From Podarcis pityusensis (taxonomy: Eukaryota), in NCBI GenBank assembly GCA_964106645.2, contig OZ067043.1: a DNA stretch of 64,000 nucleotides. One strand, 5' to 3'. Both the position numbers and the translations under genes were made by a program. Shown in pieces: positions 1 through 14,095 of this stretch (position 1 is its first letter; every line of letters starts with the position of its first letter). The notes beneath the pieces were generated by a model that saw only the letters and a program-made list of their open reading frames with translations, ran no database searches and was not told where the DNA came from.

Positions 1-3000
1 CTCTTTTTTTGGTTAATATAATTTTATTTCAATTGAATTTGTTTTTTCCTTAACAACTGCAAGGTAGGCTAGGACTGAGACTGAGAATGGCTTGTCTAAA
101 CTCACTATTTTTATAATCTGTAGCTCTTAGCAACTATCCTACATGATCTCCCACCTGAATGCAGTTTCATTACTGTCAGTCTTGATGGCACAGAATGATT
201 GACACATGACAGGGGGAAAAGTGTACAAGAAATCATATCAGTTGTTTTTTGGGGGGTATTTAACAGAGTTTCTTTGCTTTTTTTTAGTCCAGATTTAAAT
301 TTGTCTTAATTTTTAAAAACTTTTAAATAAAATATTAATCTAGTGATGGGCCACTTCATTATTTAATGGGAAAAAACACACTATACCACTGCATTGAAAC
401 AAAGCACAGAAAAAATAAGCCAGAGGACATTTTTAATCCATGCTTCCATTGCGTGGTTTTCTGCTGTGGTTTTGTTGAATTTTAAACTGATGCGTAATTG
501 AATAAATAAGAAAAATAAATCTCAACAGCCTTTTACTACTGTATCTCAAATAATGTAACCGGAGTTAAACCAATAAATAAGAGGAGGAAAATAATAATAT
601 AGACTTGTAGATTCCTTTCAAATCATGCCATTAATACTTTTCTGTTGGCAGCAGTTGCAGTGACGGATTCTTTTCCATAAGAATTCAGTGCATGCAAGGT
701 GCGATGCCCTTTAATGGGGCTTCTCTCGTGTAGCATTCTGATAGTATTGATTTAAGCTTTGACTTACATTGCCTTCAGGAGTATTGCTGGCCATATATTT
801 TCCACCCAACCTTAGGCTGAGATGTAGTGCAGTAAATTGCCGCCAAGGCCAGAACCTTCAGATGACCGCATGCATGCTGATGAAGGACATCTGCCTTGAT
901 TGAAAATAAGTGGCCAGACACACATCTAAGAATAGTGTGAATCAGCATTGGGTTTAATATATATTTAAAAGAACTATTTGAAAAAAAATGCTTGGGGTTG
1001 CAGGTTAGGTTCTCTGCCAAGCCTCAAGGCTCCTGAAAGAATATATTAGCTCCAGAGCAAATCTCCACGTTCCCCAGCTTGGAAAAAAATGAAATTTGGT
1101 ACTAACACCTTAAAGGCAGAATTAACACTTTAAAAGGCCATGCTCCTTTCAGCCCATGTCATTATCAAGATATACCCTACTCTCTTCCACGCAGTCCTGC
1201 TCAAATCGGTTGTCTTGATTTATGTTCTGCTGCGTTTAATATACTAAATGAGCATACGCTAAGCTTACAATAATGCCGTTATTTATAATGGGAAAGCATT
1301 CTTTTTCACCATAACAACATCGCTAATTATATTACATTATTGGTCACTGTAGCCGCTAAATCAGATGTAAAGTGGATTTAGGGTTCCTGTACATGGGATC
1401 ATGGAGCCATTTATCTCAGCCCTTTGCTGAGCAGACCTTTATTAAGCTATGATGACTGTTGAATAGGAAATGTAACCAAGATTATTTTTATTCAAATATA
1501 ATTTAAATATTCATCAAAGAGGATTTATGCTTGAAACTGACAGAGACTATTAACATCAAAAAATATAATTAACTGCACTGGGTATCATGAAGCAGAGTTA
1601 GTCAAATAGCCGAGAGGTCTAATTGCTCTAGAGTTTGCAAAGCAATAGTTTATATATTATACGGTTGCTGTGGAATTAATAGTAATGTGGTTTCCTATGT
1701 GAGGCAATTTAAAGCTTTCTGTTAAGGTTCATTGCTCTGGAGGAAATATGTTGAATATCATGTAGTAAACAGGACTGACACTTAAAAAAAACCAGACATG
1801 AAGATGAGAACCTGTAAAGATTAAAAGGACAAGAAAATACTGAGGCCTTTAAGTCATCAAAGGAATTTTATTTTGTAGCGTTTATAGACCTAAGCATTAG
1901 GCAACACACAGCAACATTGTTTACCCAAAGAAGGGGGTGGGAGAGAGAAAATAAAAGAGAAAAGGGTTAACAAATTAAATTAAATTAAATGCTCCTTGGG
2001 AAAACGATTGATGCAAAGTGATCTATCAAATTGGATGCAACACAGTCACTGATCTCTCAGATTGTGTTGATAAAAAATTACCGCGGCACACATACTATTG
2101 TCTCAAAGTTTTAATTTTAAACATCTTAACATTTTTGGCTCCATTAAGCCTTTGTAGCAGAGTGTGAGAAAGGGACACCTTTCCCATTGTGCTTCACAGG
2201 GTCTTTTTGTATTTGCCCAGCCTACCCAGCCCTGAATTAATCAGATGTTGTAATGGCATTTTTGCATTACTGAAATTGCTGAAATGTGAGAGCTTAAGGG
2301 TCAAGGGGAAGAACAATAGCCCGATGTTAACAGAGCATCTGTTCTCCCTCCATTAATGAAGTTGCAGCTAATTGCCTAATAAATTGGTCATCATTACTCA
2401 AAAAGCCTAAATAACTCCAGACTTGAACACGACCCTTACGAATATGAAGCAGAACCTCATAGGCACAAAGTAGAGGAGGATCTTTACATCCCCACCCCTG
2501 AAAATCTGTTTGAAGAGAATGGAAAGGAAACTAAACCAGACCCAACCAGACTTCCAGTTGCTCGTAAAGACCATGCCTGTGTTATCCATTATTTAACATG
2601 CTTACCCTGTTTATATCAGTGACATAAGAGTGTGTGCTAGTTTCTCCGAAGAGTACTGTCTTTGCCGCTTCATAGCACACTGTCTTGTACTCCCAGGCCT
2701 GCACATGGTGTTAGCAGATATTTAAAGCATTTCAGTCTAACATTTTATAGGTCATGATGAACTGAGCCTATAAAGCAACTTACTGCTAGGAAGTTAATGC
2801 AGTCTAAGAGTGTAACGTAGACTGAATGCTCTACTCAGTCAGTGTGTTTCAGCTTGCCGCAAGAACCATCAGCGGGGAATTAAAAATTACCCTCATATAA
2901 AGCTCTAATGGCAGATTGTTTGATAACATAACAATAGCCAGAACTATTCTACAGATGGGTGTGCCTTAGATTTCTACCATCGCAAATTTAGAGTCTCGGT

Positions 3001-6000
3001 TTCCTTTTAAAATAAGGTTATTATAGGAACATGCATATTTTCCCCCGATTTCCATAGACAAATGCTCAGAACTTTGAAGGAAAGTCAAGGTGCTGACAAT
3101 ATTTATCAGAGATGTAGGATACGTGATTCACTGGTCTATTACCTCTTTTTCATTATTCATTGTTCTCCCTTGGTGACCTTTACACCCAACTTCCACCCAT
3201 TGAGTGATGGTTTGAAGGGGGAATCAGCTGTACTCATGGCGTTGTCTCCTCTGTTATTGGGACTCCTGATCACATTGAGGAGCCCCTTGTGAGTATAGCC
3301 AAAGGTCCATTCAACTTGTGGAGGCCAGGGACATGCCATAAATGCTCCTATCTTTTTAATGGCATGGTCCTCTTTACTTGGGAAAGCATATAAGGCAGTC
3401 GGTCAGTGGATATTGCAATCCTGCATCAAGCTTTTCTTAGGTTTGAGAAAGTGTCAGAGGCTGAGTATGTGTGTAAGGCACTTTATTAAACAAACATACT
3501 TTGCACTCCAATCAGTGTCCCTGAACATTCAAAACCTTTATACGGTGTAACAAAAAATCATTTTATACTACGGTGCTAGCCTCCCCTCACTGGATTCCTT
3601 ATTCTTACTGTATTTCCAAACTAGGGAAGGCAGGTATACCAGACTGGACTATATTTCATCTAACAGAGATGTATCCATTGTAAGTGTAAAACCACCCATA
3701 TTATTTTAGTAGTGGCTGTTGGTGCAAAGCTTATCTTTTAACCTTGCTCTTCCAGCATGGCTTTCTTGCTATGATGTCTAGCTAGAGTGGGTAATGATGC
3801 TGAACATGTCTTTAATCTAGGCATTTTATGAACTCTGCAAAGCTATTGTTTCAGCATAAATCACAGTGCTGTCCTCAACCTTAGGGTTTATGTGAAGGAT
3901 TGTTCATATATGTGCAAAAATGAGGCGGGTTGGACTCATTTCTCTACACGCCACAGGCCCTGCACATGTGATGTTTATTTTCAGGTGGTAAATTCTGTGA
4001 TACAAATATGTAGATCTGTAGGTGATTTCTCATTTCAAATGTATTAGTCTTCAGAGCACTGCCAGTATCACAGATAGGTTGAGGAGATGTCACTCACACT
4101 ATACACTTAGTGTTCTTTGATTATTTCTTCATCTTTGCGACTAAAGAACTCTCAATGTAGTTCTACATGTTAAGGATCACTTTGGAGAGTGCTCTGTAAG
4201 ACTAAATACATAGGCGGTAGCGTTCCGTTATCATGAATGCCATCAGAAATGCCTTGTTGCCTCTCTTATCAGCCACTTCCTGCTGTCAACCAGTGCGTAT
4301 TTCAATAGGGAAGGATTTGCTTCCAGTGTAATGCAGCATAATGTCTAACACAGAATTTTTAATTGTGCAAACACACGAAGCCTTTGCAGTGGTAGGCAAT
4401 TTGATAAAAGGATTAGATTATGAATATTTCCAACTTGATTAGAGATTAGCTGGGAGCTGATCAATGTGAGTCAATGAATCTCCTCAAATCTCTTACGTTT
4501 CTCGCACATCTGAACTTGCTTGTGGAGTGGGGAGGGGGCTTTTTCCAGCAATATTAATGATAATACAAACCTGCCATTCATTGTGAAGGAGTCAGATAGA
4601 TTCTTGCAGAACACATTCAAAGAAGTAATGTACCTAATCCGTGCAAGATTAGGCCTTTTTAGTTCGGAAAAAATTAATGATTTTTCAGAGGAAGTGTTAT
4701 AACTCAGAAGCTTTTACAAACTTTCAAGATGCTAATTGTACCCAGACATTGCCATGGCTGGTGAATAACTGTTCCTTTGTGGCATCCAGCCTTTCTCAAG
4801 AAAGAAATAAAAAAACCCCGGACAACAACGCAGCACTTGTAGCACAAACTTTAGAGATACATTTTAATAGAAAATGACACCACCGGTACTGACTTGATTA
4901 AAGATCCTTCCAAGGGCACACCACTTCTCTCGCAAGTTTTAAGTCACATGGGGGGGAAAGGGATAGGGAAATCGGAAGATCAACTCAAAAGTCTTTTCAT
5001 TTACTTATTAGTCTCCAGTTTGAGATTTGTACTTTTTAAATCCATAAATGGAAAGCTAAAGGTATGGGGCAGGGGAGAGATTCAGACTGGTCTCAGATTG
5101 CAATCTTAATCAGGACAAGAAAGAGGAAAAGAACAAAAGGACAGTAGTCTAGATCATTTGGGAATGGCTTGAAATTAGCCAGTTATATTGGCTGCTTTTA
5201 GTGTTTCGCTGTATGTTGGACTGTGCCATTATACGCCGTAAATATAATGCAAACACAGATCGCACTGACAACAAAGGGGGATATCTGTGTTCCCTCCATT
5301 CATGGGGTAACTTTTTTAAAAAAATTAAGAAGAAAGAAATGTATTTATTTTTAAGAACCAACTTATTCTGCACACAAAGGTTTTTGTGTTGACTCTCCCC
5401 CCTCATTTGCATCATTAGTGACTGAAATACTCAGAGTGTGTAATTAATGGGCTAAGAGAGTCATTTAGGCAAACCCAGAGCCATGAGGGTGAAATATTTT
5501 TCTCCATGGAAAGATCTTTAAGGAATAAATAATTGCACGCACCAGAGGTTTGCGATGGCCAATCTAAATGCGAGCGTGCAATTAGGAAGAGCGTGGCTCA
5601 AGAAGCAAAATGCTTGCCGCTATCCGCATATCATGTGACTAATTAAATATTTAAAAGTCCATCCCTACCCTTCTTCCTCCCTCGCTCCCCAAAAGAAAAA
5701 TATTATGCCACAAATAGACTGGTAACTTTTGCAGATAATTAACAAGTTTTGGAAGAAGGGTGCAGATTCCGATAGCCTCCAAGGTTCTTACAAGGTCATG
5801 TCTTATTATGCTGCATCTTCTATATGTCCTGGTAACAACTTTCTTGCTAATTTAAATCTTAACTAGGACATCCCATAGCGATTTCCCATTTCCCTTGTCA
5901 AAATGGAAAGTGATCGTTTCTGTATGCAAAAACTGCAGTAGGTGAATGTTTTCATAAGTAATTGGTCCTAATTGACACTGGCCCCAATATATAGAGATAC

Positions 6001-6701
6001 AATGTAATTATCCCATGAGAAGTTTGGAAACTGTAGGCATCCTGTAAATGCTTAAATAAATAAGTATGCACACACATTTATTCGCTGTATGTATCTGCAA
6101 TAATGTTTCCCCTGCATTATGTTGAGACATGATGACCCTTTGAAATTAAGAGAGCCTCAGTGGCCTGCTTCGTAAATAAATATGTCTTATTTTGCTCCTA
6201 AAATGAAGCCACTTTTATGTTGAATGTGCAATTCTGCAAACGAGAAAGTTGGGTTGGATTAATAAGACTCTGAGCGAGTCAGGCCTAATTTGCATTAAAC
6301 TGACCCAAAGGTCTTGTAAAATTGCTCAGAATTATCAAGGCTTCTAACATATCAGAGGTTTTATTAACAAATTACTGGTGTTATATTTTTTTAAAAAATA
6401 TGCTTATTTTGCTAATTAAAGGAGCTTTCAAAGGCAGTTTTAAATTGTATTTAAAATCTATGCAAATTACGTTATATAAATAAAATACATCCCACATATT
6501 GTTGTTTGTGTACACGCTTGCACAAGTTGTTATTTGGGGTATCACATTAAAACTAGAAAGCAGTAAAAACATTCTGACATGGTAAAACTTGTAACCCTTT
6601 TGTGGACATTTGAAATAAAAGAATAATTAGTGGCATACAAGGGTTTACTACCAAATCTGCTGGGTCTTTCTTTTATGCCAGTTGTGAGCACACCTTGTGG
6701 A

Positions 6702-7070
6702 AGTAAAGGTAAAGGACCCCCTGACTGTTAAGTCCAGTCGCAGACGACTCTGGGGTTGCGGCACTCATCTCGCTTTACAGGCTGAGGGAGCCGGCGTTTG
6801 TCCGCAGACAGTTTTTCTGGGTCACGTGGCCAGCATGACTAAGCCGCTTCTGGCGCTACAGAACACCAAAACCAGAGCAGCACATGGAAACACCGTTTAC
6901 CTTCCTGTCGGAGAAGTACCTATTTATCTACTTGCACTGGTGTGTTTTTGAATTGCTAGGTTGGCAGGAGCAGGGACCGAAAAATGGGAGCTCACCCTGT
7001 CGTGGGGATTCGAACTGCCGACCTTCTGATCGGCAAGCCCAAGAGGCTCAACCACAGATCTACCTGGGTC
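6702..7070 (-). mobile_element. Sauria SINE, near full length
   Basis: The (ACCTTT)n tail reads gtaaaggtaaagg on +. Diagnostic core gtcacgtggccagcatgact...tttaccttcc...cctatttatctac. tRNA B-box GTTCGAATCC on - near 7004-7015. Probable degenerate TSD caccttgtgga (6691-6701) / caccttataga (7071-7081). Confidence 0.9.
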
Positions 7071-7120
7071 CACCTTATAGACGTATGGTGTACTAATTTC
7101 AGTGGGACATGCCTTTACAT

Positions 7121-7255
7121 CAGATTTCTCCAAGTTACTGTAGTCCAGATGTTCTGGACTACAACTCCCTTTTATCACTGACCATTGGTCAAAATGGCTG
7201 GGGCTAATGGGAGTTGTAGTCTGAAATGTGTAAAGGGCACCAGTTTGAAAGGATA
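7121..7255. mobile_element. Degenerate palindromic non-autonomous hAT-like MITE, same family as 35261 and 37812
   Basis: Inverted core gactacaactccc...gggagttgtagtc around gaccattggtc; ends eroded. Confidence 0.6.
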
Positions 7256-10200
7256 CATAGGTCACCCACTGTCACATCATGTACTACTTTGTTTCCAGGG
7301 TTTTGTTTTGTTTAAAATTGTTGGATGTATTTGTTCTCTGTGCTTTATATCTTTATTGTTTTGCCCATATTGATATATTAATGGATTGGTGGATTTAGTA
7401 AGCTGTAACAGGCAGTTGTTGCATGTCCGGCCCATCACATCACTAGATGGGAAGCTTGTTTCACGGTGCGCATGTCATTCCTTTCGCAGTGGAACCTGAA
7501 GGTGGCTTTATGCACTAAGTAATATTTGGTGGATTGTGTCCATTGGGTTCCATTTGCATTCATTGGATTCATATAGATGCAGAATTAAATTAAGTTATTT
7601 ACTTTCAAATTAATTTGAATCCCTTGATTGATTTTACAGAACTAACCAAATAGAAGATAGTTGTATTTTTTTATTTGTATCGCATTTAAAAATAACTGCC
7701 ACAAGCATTACTTATTACATTAATTGTGACAAATGGGATCATTACTGTGAAACACCTTCTTTGCCATATTAATTGTGCCACATTTAGCTTCCTAATGTTA
7801 TGTTTATTTAGTAATTAATAAGATTCAACAAATCATTAGTTATTAAACATTTAAGGAAAACTGCATCCGCATTTCTCCTGCAGTGTTAAAGTTGCTGGCT
7901 TATGCGCAGGCACTGCTGTCTTCGCTGCTATTCCATGTGCATCTCTCTTTTTCTGTGTGAGTGCACGAGTGCTTGGTTTCTTACATATATGTGTATTATG
8001 GTTGCCACCTTGGTCGGGCAAAATACAGGACAGGTCAGGGTGGATGGGGGGGGTCCCTAAAATTTACTTTATCAGGTGCAGAAATGACTTCAAAGCAATC
8101 CATTACAATGGCACACTGTGATTATAGTGGTTTATTCAATAAAAAAAAAACAAACCAGGCCTGCACATGCGCACACGCACACACACACATACACAGTCTG
8201 ACTCCGAGTCTCCGTCTCCTACACAACCGCCTCTGCCTACACAAAAGCTCTCCCCGCCGCTCTCTGATCCACCCATTGCCCTCCACAGCCTGTGCAAAAC
8301 CCAAGAGACCACTGTAGATGGCCCATGCACTGCAAACCACATCTCTCCCTCTCCGCGACCCATCCTCTGCCCATGCAAAAACTCTCTCACATGTATTGCC
8401 AATTTAATGGCAGTATGATGGACAGGTTAGGCTGGATCACACTGCATTAGTCTGATTACTGTAAGCAGAGTTTGCTCTTTATCTACCACTGCCATCTCCT
8501 CCCACTTCCGTGTGTGTGTGTGTGTGTGTATTCTGACCACTCCAGTGTTCAGTTTTCCTCTCCATATCCAGTACTACATCTAGCTCCTCTATGCGTGCCA
8601 GGCTTGTCATGCTATACCAAACCTTTCATTTTAATCTTGGAGTATTTGTTCAAGACCATAGATTTTGCATTTTTAATCTTCCCTAGAACAGTGGTGAATA
8701 ATGGCCCCTGGCAGGAGATAATGAAATTTTCTTAATTTATATTTTCAAGCAGAAGCCTCAATTGAAAATGGCATCCTATGGCCTGGAGACATAGCTCTAG
8801 TGCAAGTTTCAGGGGAGCTGTAATAATAACGCAGTGCCGATGGTGACGGGGAATGATAGGACAGTGAAGAAGTAATTTAAGGAAGAAAAGGGAATGTACC
8901 AAAGCTTTATTGTAGCATATCTAATGATCTGCTGAAGATCCCCAATGGCTTTTGGAGCATGACAGGAGAAACTAATGTTATCTTGCCAAAACAGAAGCCT
9001 CTGCTTAATCAGCAGAGCAAGACTATTGATTAAAACACCTCACACAAATAGATTACACATGGAATCTCATCTCCATACTTTTCACTTGGTAAAGTGTAAT
9101 AATGAGCATAAGATAATCAAAAGAAGAGCTAAAGCAATTTGTTGGGAATTGTACGAGTCAAGATTACAGCGGGAACGCAAACAAATTAGAATGAGAACAA
9201 GGACTGCTTTTAAAGCCAAGCACACGAGGACAAACTTGCACAGTACACAGGGATAAACATGAAGTGGGCCCATGTAACGGTAGTTAGGAAAATGAAAAAT
9301 TGCCTCATGCATTGGTTCGACTCCCTCACCCCCTTCTCTTTATCTGATGTGCAAAAAAAGCACAGGCCTGCTTTTGCCCAATCAGTCAAATGAGGTGAGC
9401 CAAGTTCACCATCTCTCTGGAGCTGTTAATTAGCTGGCCACGTTTGATTTCAGATTCCCTCAGTGTCGCTATACATATTGGAAAGATGTAAAAAGAATTG
9501 CAAATTCTAAAACACACACAGACACACACCCTCACATTTGTGGTCTTACATTATCTCTTCAATAGAATGCTATCTGACAGTCAATACTGTCATAAAAGCA
9601 CAGGCATATTCCTGCATTCTCCTCACAAGTGGGAGGTGGGCAGAAAGAGAGGTTTGTATGCAGACATGCCTATCTCTCTCTTTTTTTCCATATAAGTGGC
9701 AATTTACATGCCCCTTCCTCTACTTCGCTCCTCAGATAGCCGTATACATATATCTCAGAAGCACAGGAATTTTAAGTGCAACAATTACAGCTTTTGACAG
9801 AATCAGTTAATTAGCCTTCTAAAATGAAGGACTGTTAATTGTGGGCTGTATTACTCTGGAATAAAAGCTGGTACTTAGAACAAGGGACAGCCGGCCACCC
9901 TATCCAACACATGCACACGCTGCAAGAATCTCTACATTGTCCCATTGAAGAAGAAAAAGAAAAAAGGAACTTTACCACAGATGAACGATATGTGCTGGTT
10001 TATTATAACTTGCCAGTGGCTGTTATCTACCTGTTCACTTTCGGATCATAGCCAATCATATGCTGCATTCGTGCCATCCAAAATAAAGTCCTATTAAGCT
10101 TCCACCAAGATGTTTCTTTGCCAAAATAAATCACAAATATGACCTTTAGTATATCATTTGACAAACAACAGTCCTGCTAACGCAAGTGATTTTGGCTGCA

Positions 10201-10320
10201 AAATGGAATCTCTCCCCCCCCCCCTTCTTTTTCCACACGGCCCTTAAATCTGCTCCAGAGAATTGTGAGGAAACCCAGTCAATATTTAGGGAGATGTGGT
10301 GAGCAATATGATGAACATAA

Positions 10321-10610
10321 GTAAGGGTAAGGTAAAGGACCCCTGGATGGTTAAGTCCAGTCAAAGGCGACTACGGGGTGCAGCACTCATCTTGCTTCAG
10401 GCCAAGGGAGCAGGCATTTGTCCACAGGCAGCTTTCTGGGTCATGTGGCAAGCATGACTAAACTGCTACTGGCACAACGGGACACCGTGACGGAAGCCAG
10501 AGCACATGGAAATGCTGTTTACCTTCCCACCCCAATGGTACCTATTTATCTACTCACCTCATTGCGTGGATTGGAACCGCTGACCTTCTGATCAGTAAGC
10601 CCAAGACCCT
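10321..10610 (-). mobile_element. Sauria SINE, internally deleted and truncated copy
   Basis: Tail ggtaaggtaaaggacccctg, plus ttaagtccagtc, gtcatgtggcaagcatgact and cctatttatctac; aligns with the 6702-7070 copy. Confidence 0.85.
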
Positions 10611-13162
10611 AGCAACCGTTGTGTTGAATCCAATTAAGTCATTTTGTGATCTTTGGGGAAACCCATGGAGGAGATTTGGGAGAGGGCAGGGGGAGAGGGA
10701 GTAGAAGTTCCAGTCACACAATGACTTTGTTGGATATAGCCCTTTGTTTCAAATAGTAATTTAATCTGTTTGTTGATTTCAATGTTGATTTAGTTGCCTT
10801 GAATACGATTTACCATAAAACAGAGATTTAAATGTAGATTCAAGTTAGTTCCACATTTCCCATTATTCATTCATTTTATTTATCACAGGGGTTTATGTCC
10901 CACGCTTTGGTAGAAATTCCTTGGGCAGCTGGCAATTGTTTTGTGGGTTTCTTTTTACTCACAAGGCATGCAAATGTTCAAAATTAGGCACACATATCCT
11001 GTTCCCAGTTAAGATATGTATTTTAAACAAATTATCACATACTAGCAACCAGTATACACAGTTAGAAAATTCATATGCAGGCTATGAAATAAGTACATTG
11101 CCTACTGAATGTGTTCAGTGTATGAGATACTGTGGCATTTTCATTCTCATGAAAGTATCATTTCAGAGCTGTAAAGCTGAAGTATACACAACTATAATGC
11201 TGTCATCGGTAATTTTCTGCAGGATGTTGTCTAAAAATACTGAGAAAAATAGAAGTGGACAATCCACAGGCAGCTACTACTACCAATGACAGCTATTTGT
11301 CAGCCCCAGCTAGTCAGTCTCTTTTTATATATATAAAAAATGCAAAGTCAAATTATGCGATCTACTTGAATCACACATATCTTCACATTTCACATCATGT
11401 ATTCTGCTCTTGCATAAAAGGACAAGTTACCACAGAGAGTTACCCTTTGCCCACTGGAAGCCTTGTTGAGCTATCGTTCTGAGTGCTGAGATTTCATCAC
11501 CCATTCCCTATCCACTTTCAAGCATTTATATACTGTCATAAAGGCTGGCAACTTGCTTTAAAAAGAAGAAGAAGCTGGCAGTTGCAGGAAGCTGAATTCT
11601 GTGTCCAGTAATGCAGTTCTTTCTGCACTTGTGAGGAATCTCAAAATACACAATAGTTTCAGTTGCAATAGTTAGGACAGAACCGACAGCCATCAGCATT
11701 ATTGCAAAAGGAGAAGAAAAAAAAAGACCAGAAGTTTTCTGCTCAGCCTGAGACTTGGTTCCCATGATCTTATCTGTTGTGCATGAAACCTGGGTCCTTC
11801 CCATTGCTGTTGACATTTCCTGAATGTTTCTTCCAAAGCTACCAACCAAAAATTCAAGTAGATTTGTGATTTATTTGCTGGAAGGACAACTCAAGTTGTA
11901 CTATTGGGCTGCCTTTAATATTCTTCCAGCTGCGTGAACTGAAATCTCAGCTTGATCTTGCACCTGTTGGCAGGGGACAGATGTCAGGGGTTCCCTGACA
12001 CAAGACAGATCTCTTCAACTTGTGCAAGGGGTATTCAGTAGTGTGGGAAGTGCTAGTAGCACCAGGATTGATGTACGGCTGGAGTCAAAGGCTAGACTAT
12101 TATTTTAAGACCTGGCTTCCTTTCCTTCACTTTACTGACAAACAGAACTCACCCAGGAGATCAGCCAAGCTTTCCTTGTTTTTAGTCACCAAACTGTTTC
12201 TGACCTTTTATTTTCCTCCTTCCTTTGCTTTCAGAGAAAAAAAGGCTGAAAGTCATTTTCTTTCAACCCCTTTTTTGGTTTTGACTAGTGCTGCTTGAGC
12301 CAGATCAAAATCAATCCATTTTAAAGTACCGAGCCGTAAAATACAAATCCTGTCTTAATATATTTGTTTGCAAAGTGCCAAACTGTACAAATCAGTAGCT
12401 TTCACTATGAAAAATTGATTGTCAACTTTTCTAACAGCAGGTAAATTAGGCAGTTTCTTTCTTTTCTTTCTCTCTCTCTCTCTCTGTTAAATACTTTAAA
12501 AAGAAGGCTGTAATTGTAGACACACTTACTTGGGAGTAAGTTTTGTTGAACACCATGAAAGTTACTTGTGATAGCAAATATGCATAGAATAGTGCTAGTC
12601 TGCTCAGCATGAGCAATTAACTCATTAAAATCAATGAAATTTGAAAAGTGCTTAATTTGGGCTGGATGAAGCCCTTTTGTTTTATTGTAATTTATAGCAA
12701 GTTGCTTTAAGAAGCATTATTTTCTTACAAAGGTTTATGATAACTTACCTAGGAATACATTCCATTGAACTTGGTGGGCTTACGTCTGAGTAGGTATGTT
12801 TAGGATTTTTAATGTCCCCACCATGATGGGTTATATTTTGTTAATTAGATTTGTTACATTGTTTTAGGATTCTTGTAAGGCACCCTGCGAGTTGCCAGAA
12901 TGGAGGGAGGGGTTATAGTAGTATCCAAGATAATTAAAATAAGCCTTTAGCCTTTACTGTCTGAAATTACTTCTGGTACTGATTACTGAAAATTCTGCAA
13001 AATTATTATGCGTTTGAACTAAAAATACATCTAGCCCACAACCTCTTTGTGGTCCAATTCAAATGCAGTTCTGCCTGATTCCCTAGCTATGGTTGCCGCG
13101 AACTTTGTAAACTAATTCTGATTTTGAAATTAACACACATCCTTCTCCTTCTCCTGCCCCAG

Positions 13163-13272
13163 GTGCAACAACAGAACACAGTGTATAGTAGTTACCGGGT
13201 CAGATGTGTTTCCTGATCCTTGTCCTGGAACATACAAATACCTCGAAGTACAATATGAATGTGTCCCTTACA
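13163..13272 (+). CDS. ADGRL2: ADGRL2 exon, C-terminal half of SUEL/RBL lectin domain ([36 protein letters not shown]), 110 nt
   Basis: Acceptor ccttctcctgccccAG; donor A|GTAAGT; contains the lectin [10 protein letters not shown] motif. Not in the ORF track on this strand. Confidence 0.96.
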
Positions 13273-13834
13273 GTAAGTATACGCTTTTTTTGTTGCTGTT
13301 CTTGTTCACTTCCTCTAGCCTTCACAATTGATGCTGTGGCAGTCCAAGATGCACAAAAAGAGCATAGGTTTCGGGCCTGAGAACTATTATGCATGCAGAG
13401 CACTTTCAAACTAGGCCTTCCAATTAGCTTCAGCAAAGTGTGGAAAGGAGCCATCGTGTGATGCTGGCCAAGTGGCTGTCTGTGTTCTTAAGTGTTTGGC
13501 TTTTAAGAGTACTAGGGTTTTATTCTGCCCCTCCCCCCCCCCCACAAAAACAAACTTGAATTAGCTATTCAAAAGACAAGATAGAAATTTGTACTTTTGC
13601 CCAATACCGGTTCCTGACAAATTGGCTTGGCTTGCAGTTTTCTAAAGAAACCACTGACTCCAATTTTAATCTTCCAACAGTTTGAAACGGCTACCTGCTG
13701 TGGTAACAGTGGTTCACAGCCATACAGTACCGTCGAAATATCCAGGAGTTATTTCCCCAGTTACTTGATACAGCAATGTTTGCTTTTATTTCATTTTTAT
13801 TTTCAGTTTGAAGTTCATTGTTGCTGTTGTTGTT

Positions 13835-14095
13835 ATTTATTATATTTGTAAGCAGATCACAGGGCAGTTCACAACATAAAAATACAAAACCAGAGCACAA
13901 AAGACATAATAAAACAGAAGCAAACCAATAAACCCACTCCCACAAAAAGGAATTAGCCAAGGGCCTGGTTGGGGCAGGGGCATTTTCACCTGGTGCCTTA
14001 AGAAATGAAGAGAACATTCCACAAACTGGGAACCACCATAGAAAAGGCCCGTTCTCGTCTTGCCACCCTCCGGACCTCTTGTGAAGGAGGCGCAC
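13835..14095 (-). mobile_element. L2-like LINE 3' fragment
   Basis: The minus strand translates VARRERAFSMVVPSLWNVL, resembling the L2 ORF2 C-terminal RAFS..AP.LWN.LP motif, followed by a T-rich 3' UTR. Confidence 0.65.

Noticed and set aside
1-13162. Upstream lectin exon (RRELSCEGY...) or gene promoter
   Set aside because: Not found, and there is no CpG island. The region is intronic.
13273-13331. Intron read-through giving lectin plus hydrophobic tail [19 protein letters not shown]-stop (membrane-anchored isoform)
   Set aside because: The donor GTAAGT is consensus, T-rich introns encode Phe/Leu by default, and the hydrophobic run is too short for a TM helix.
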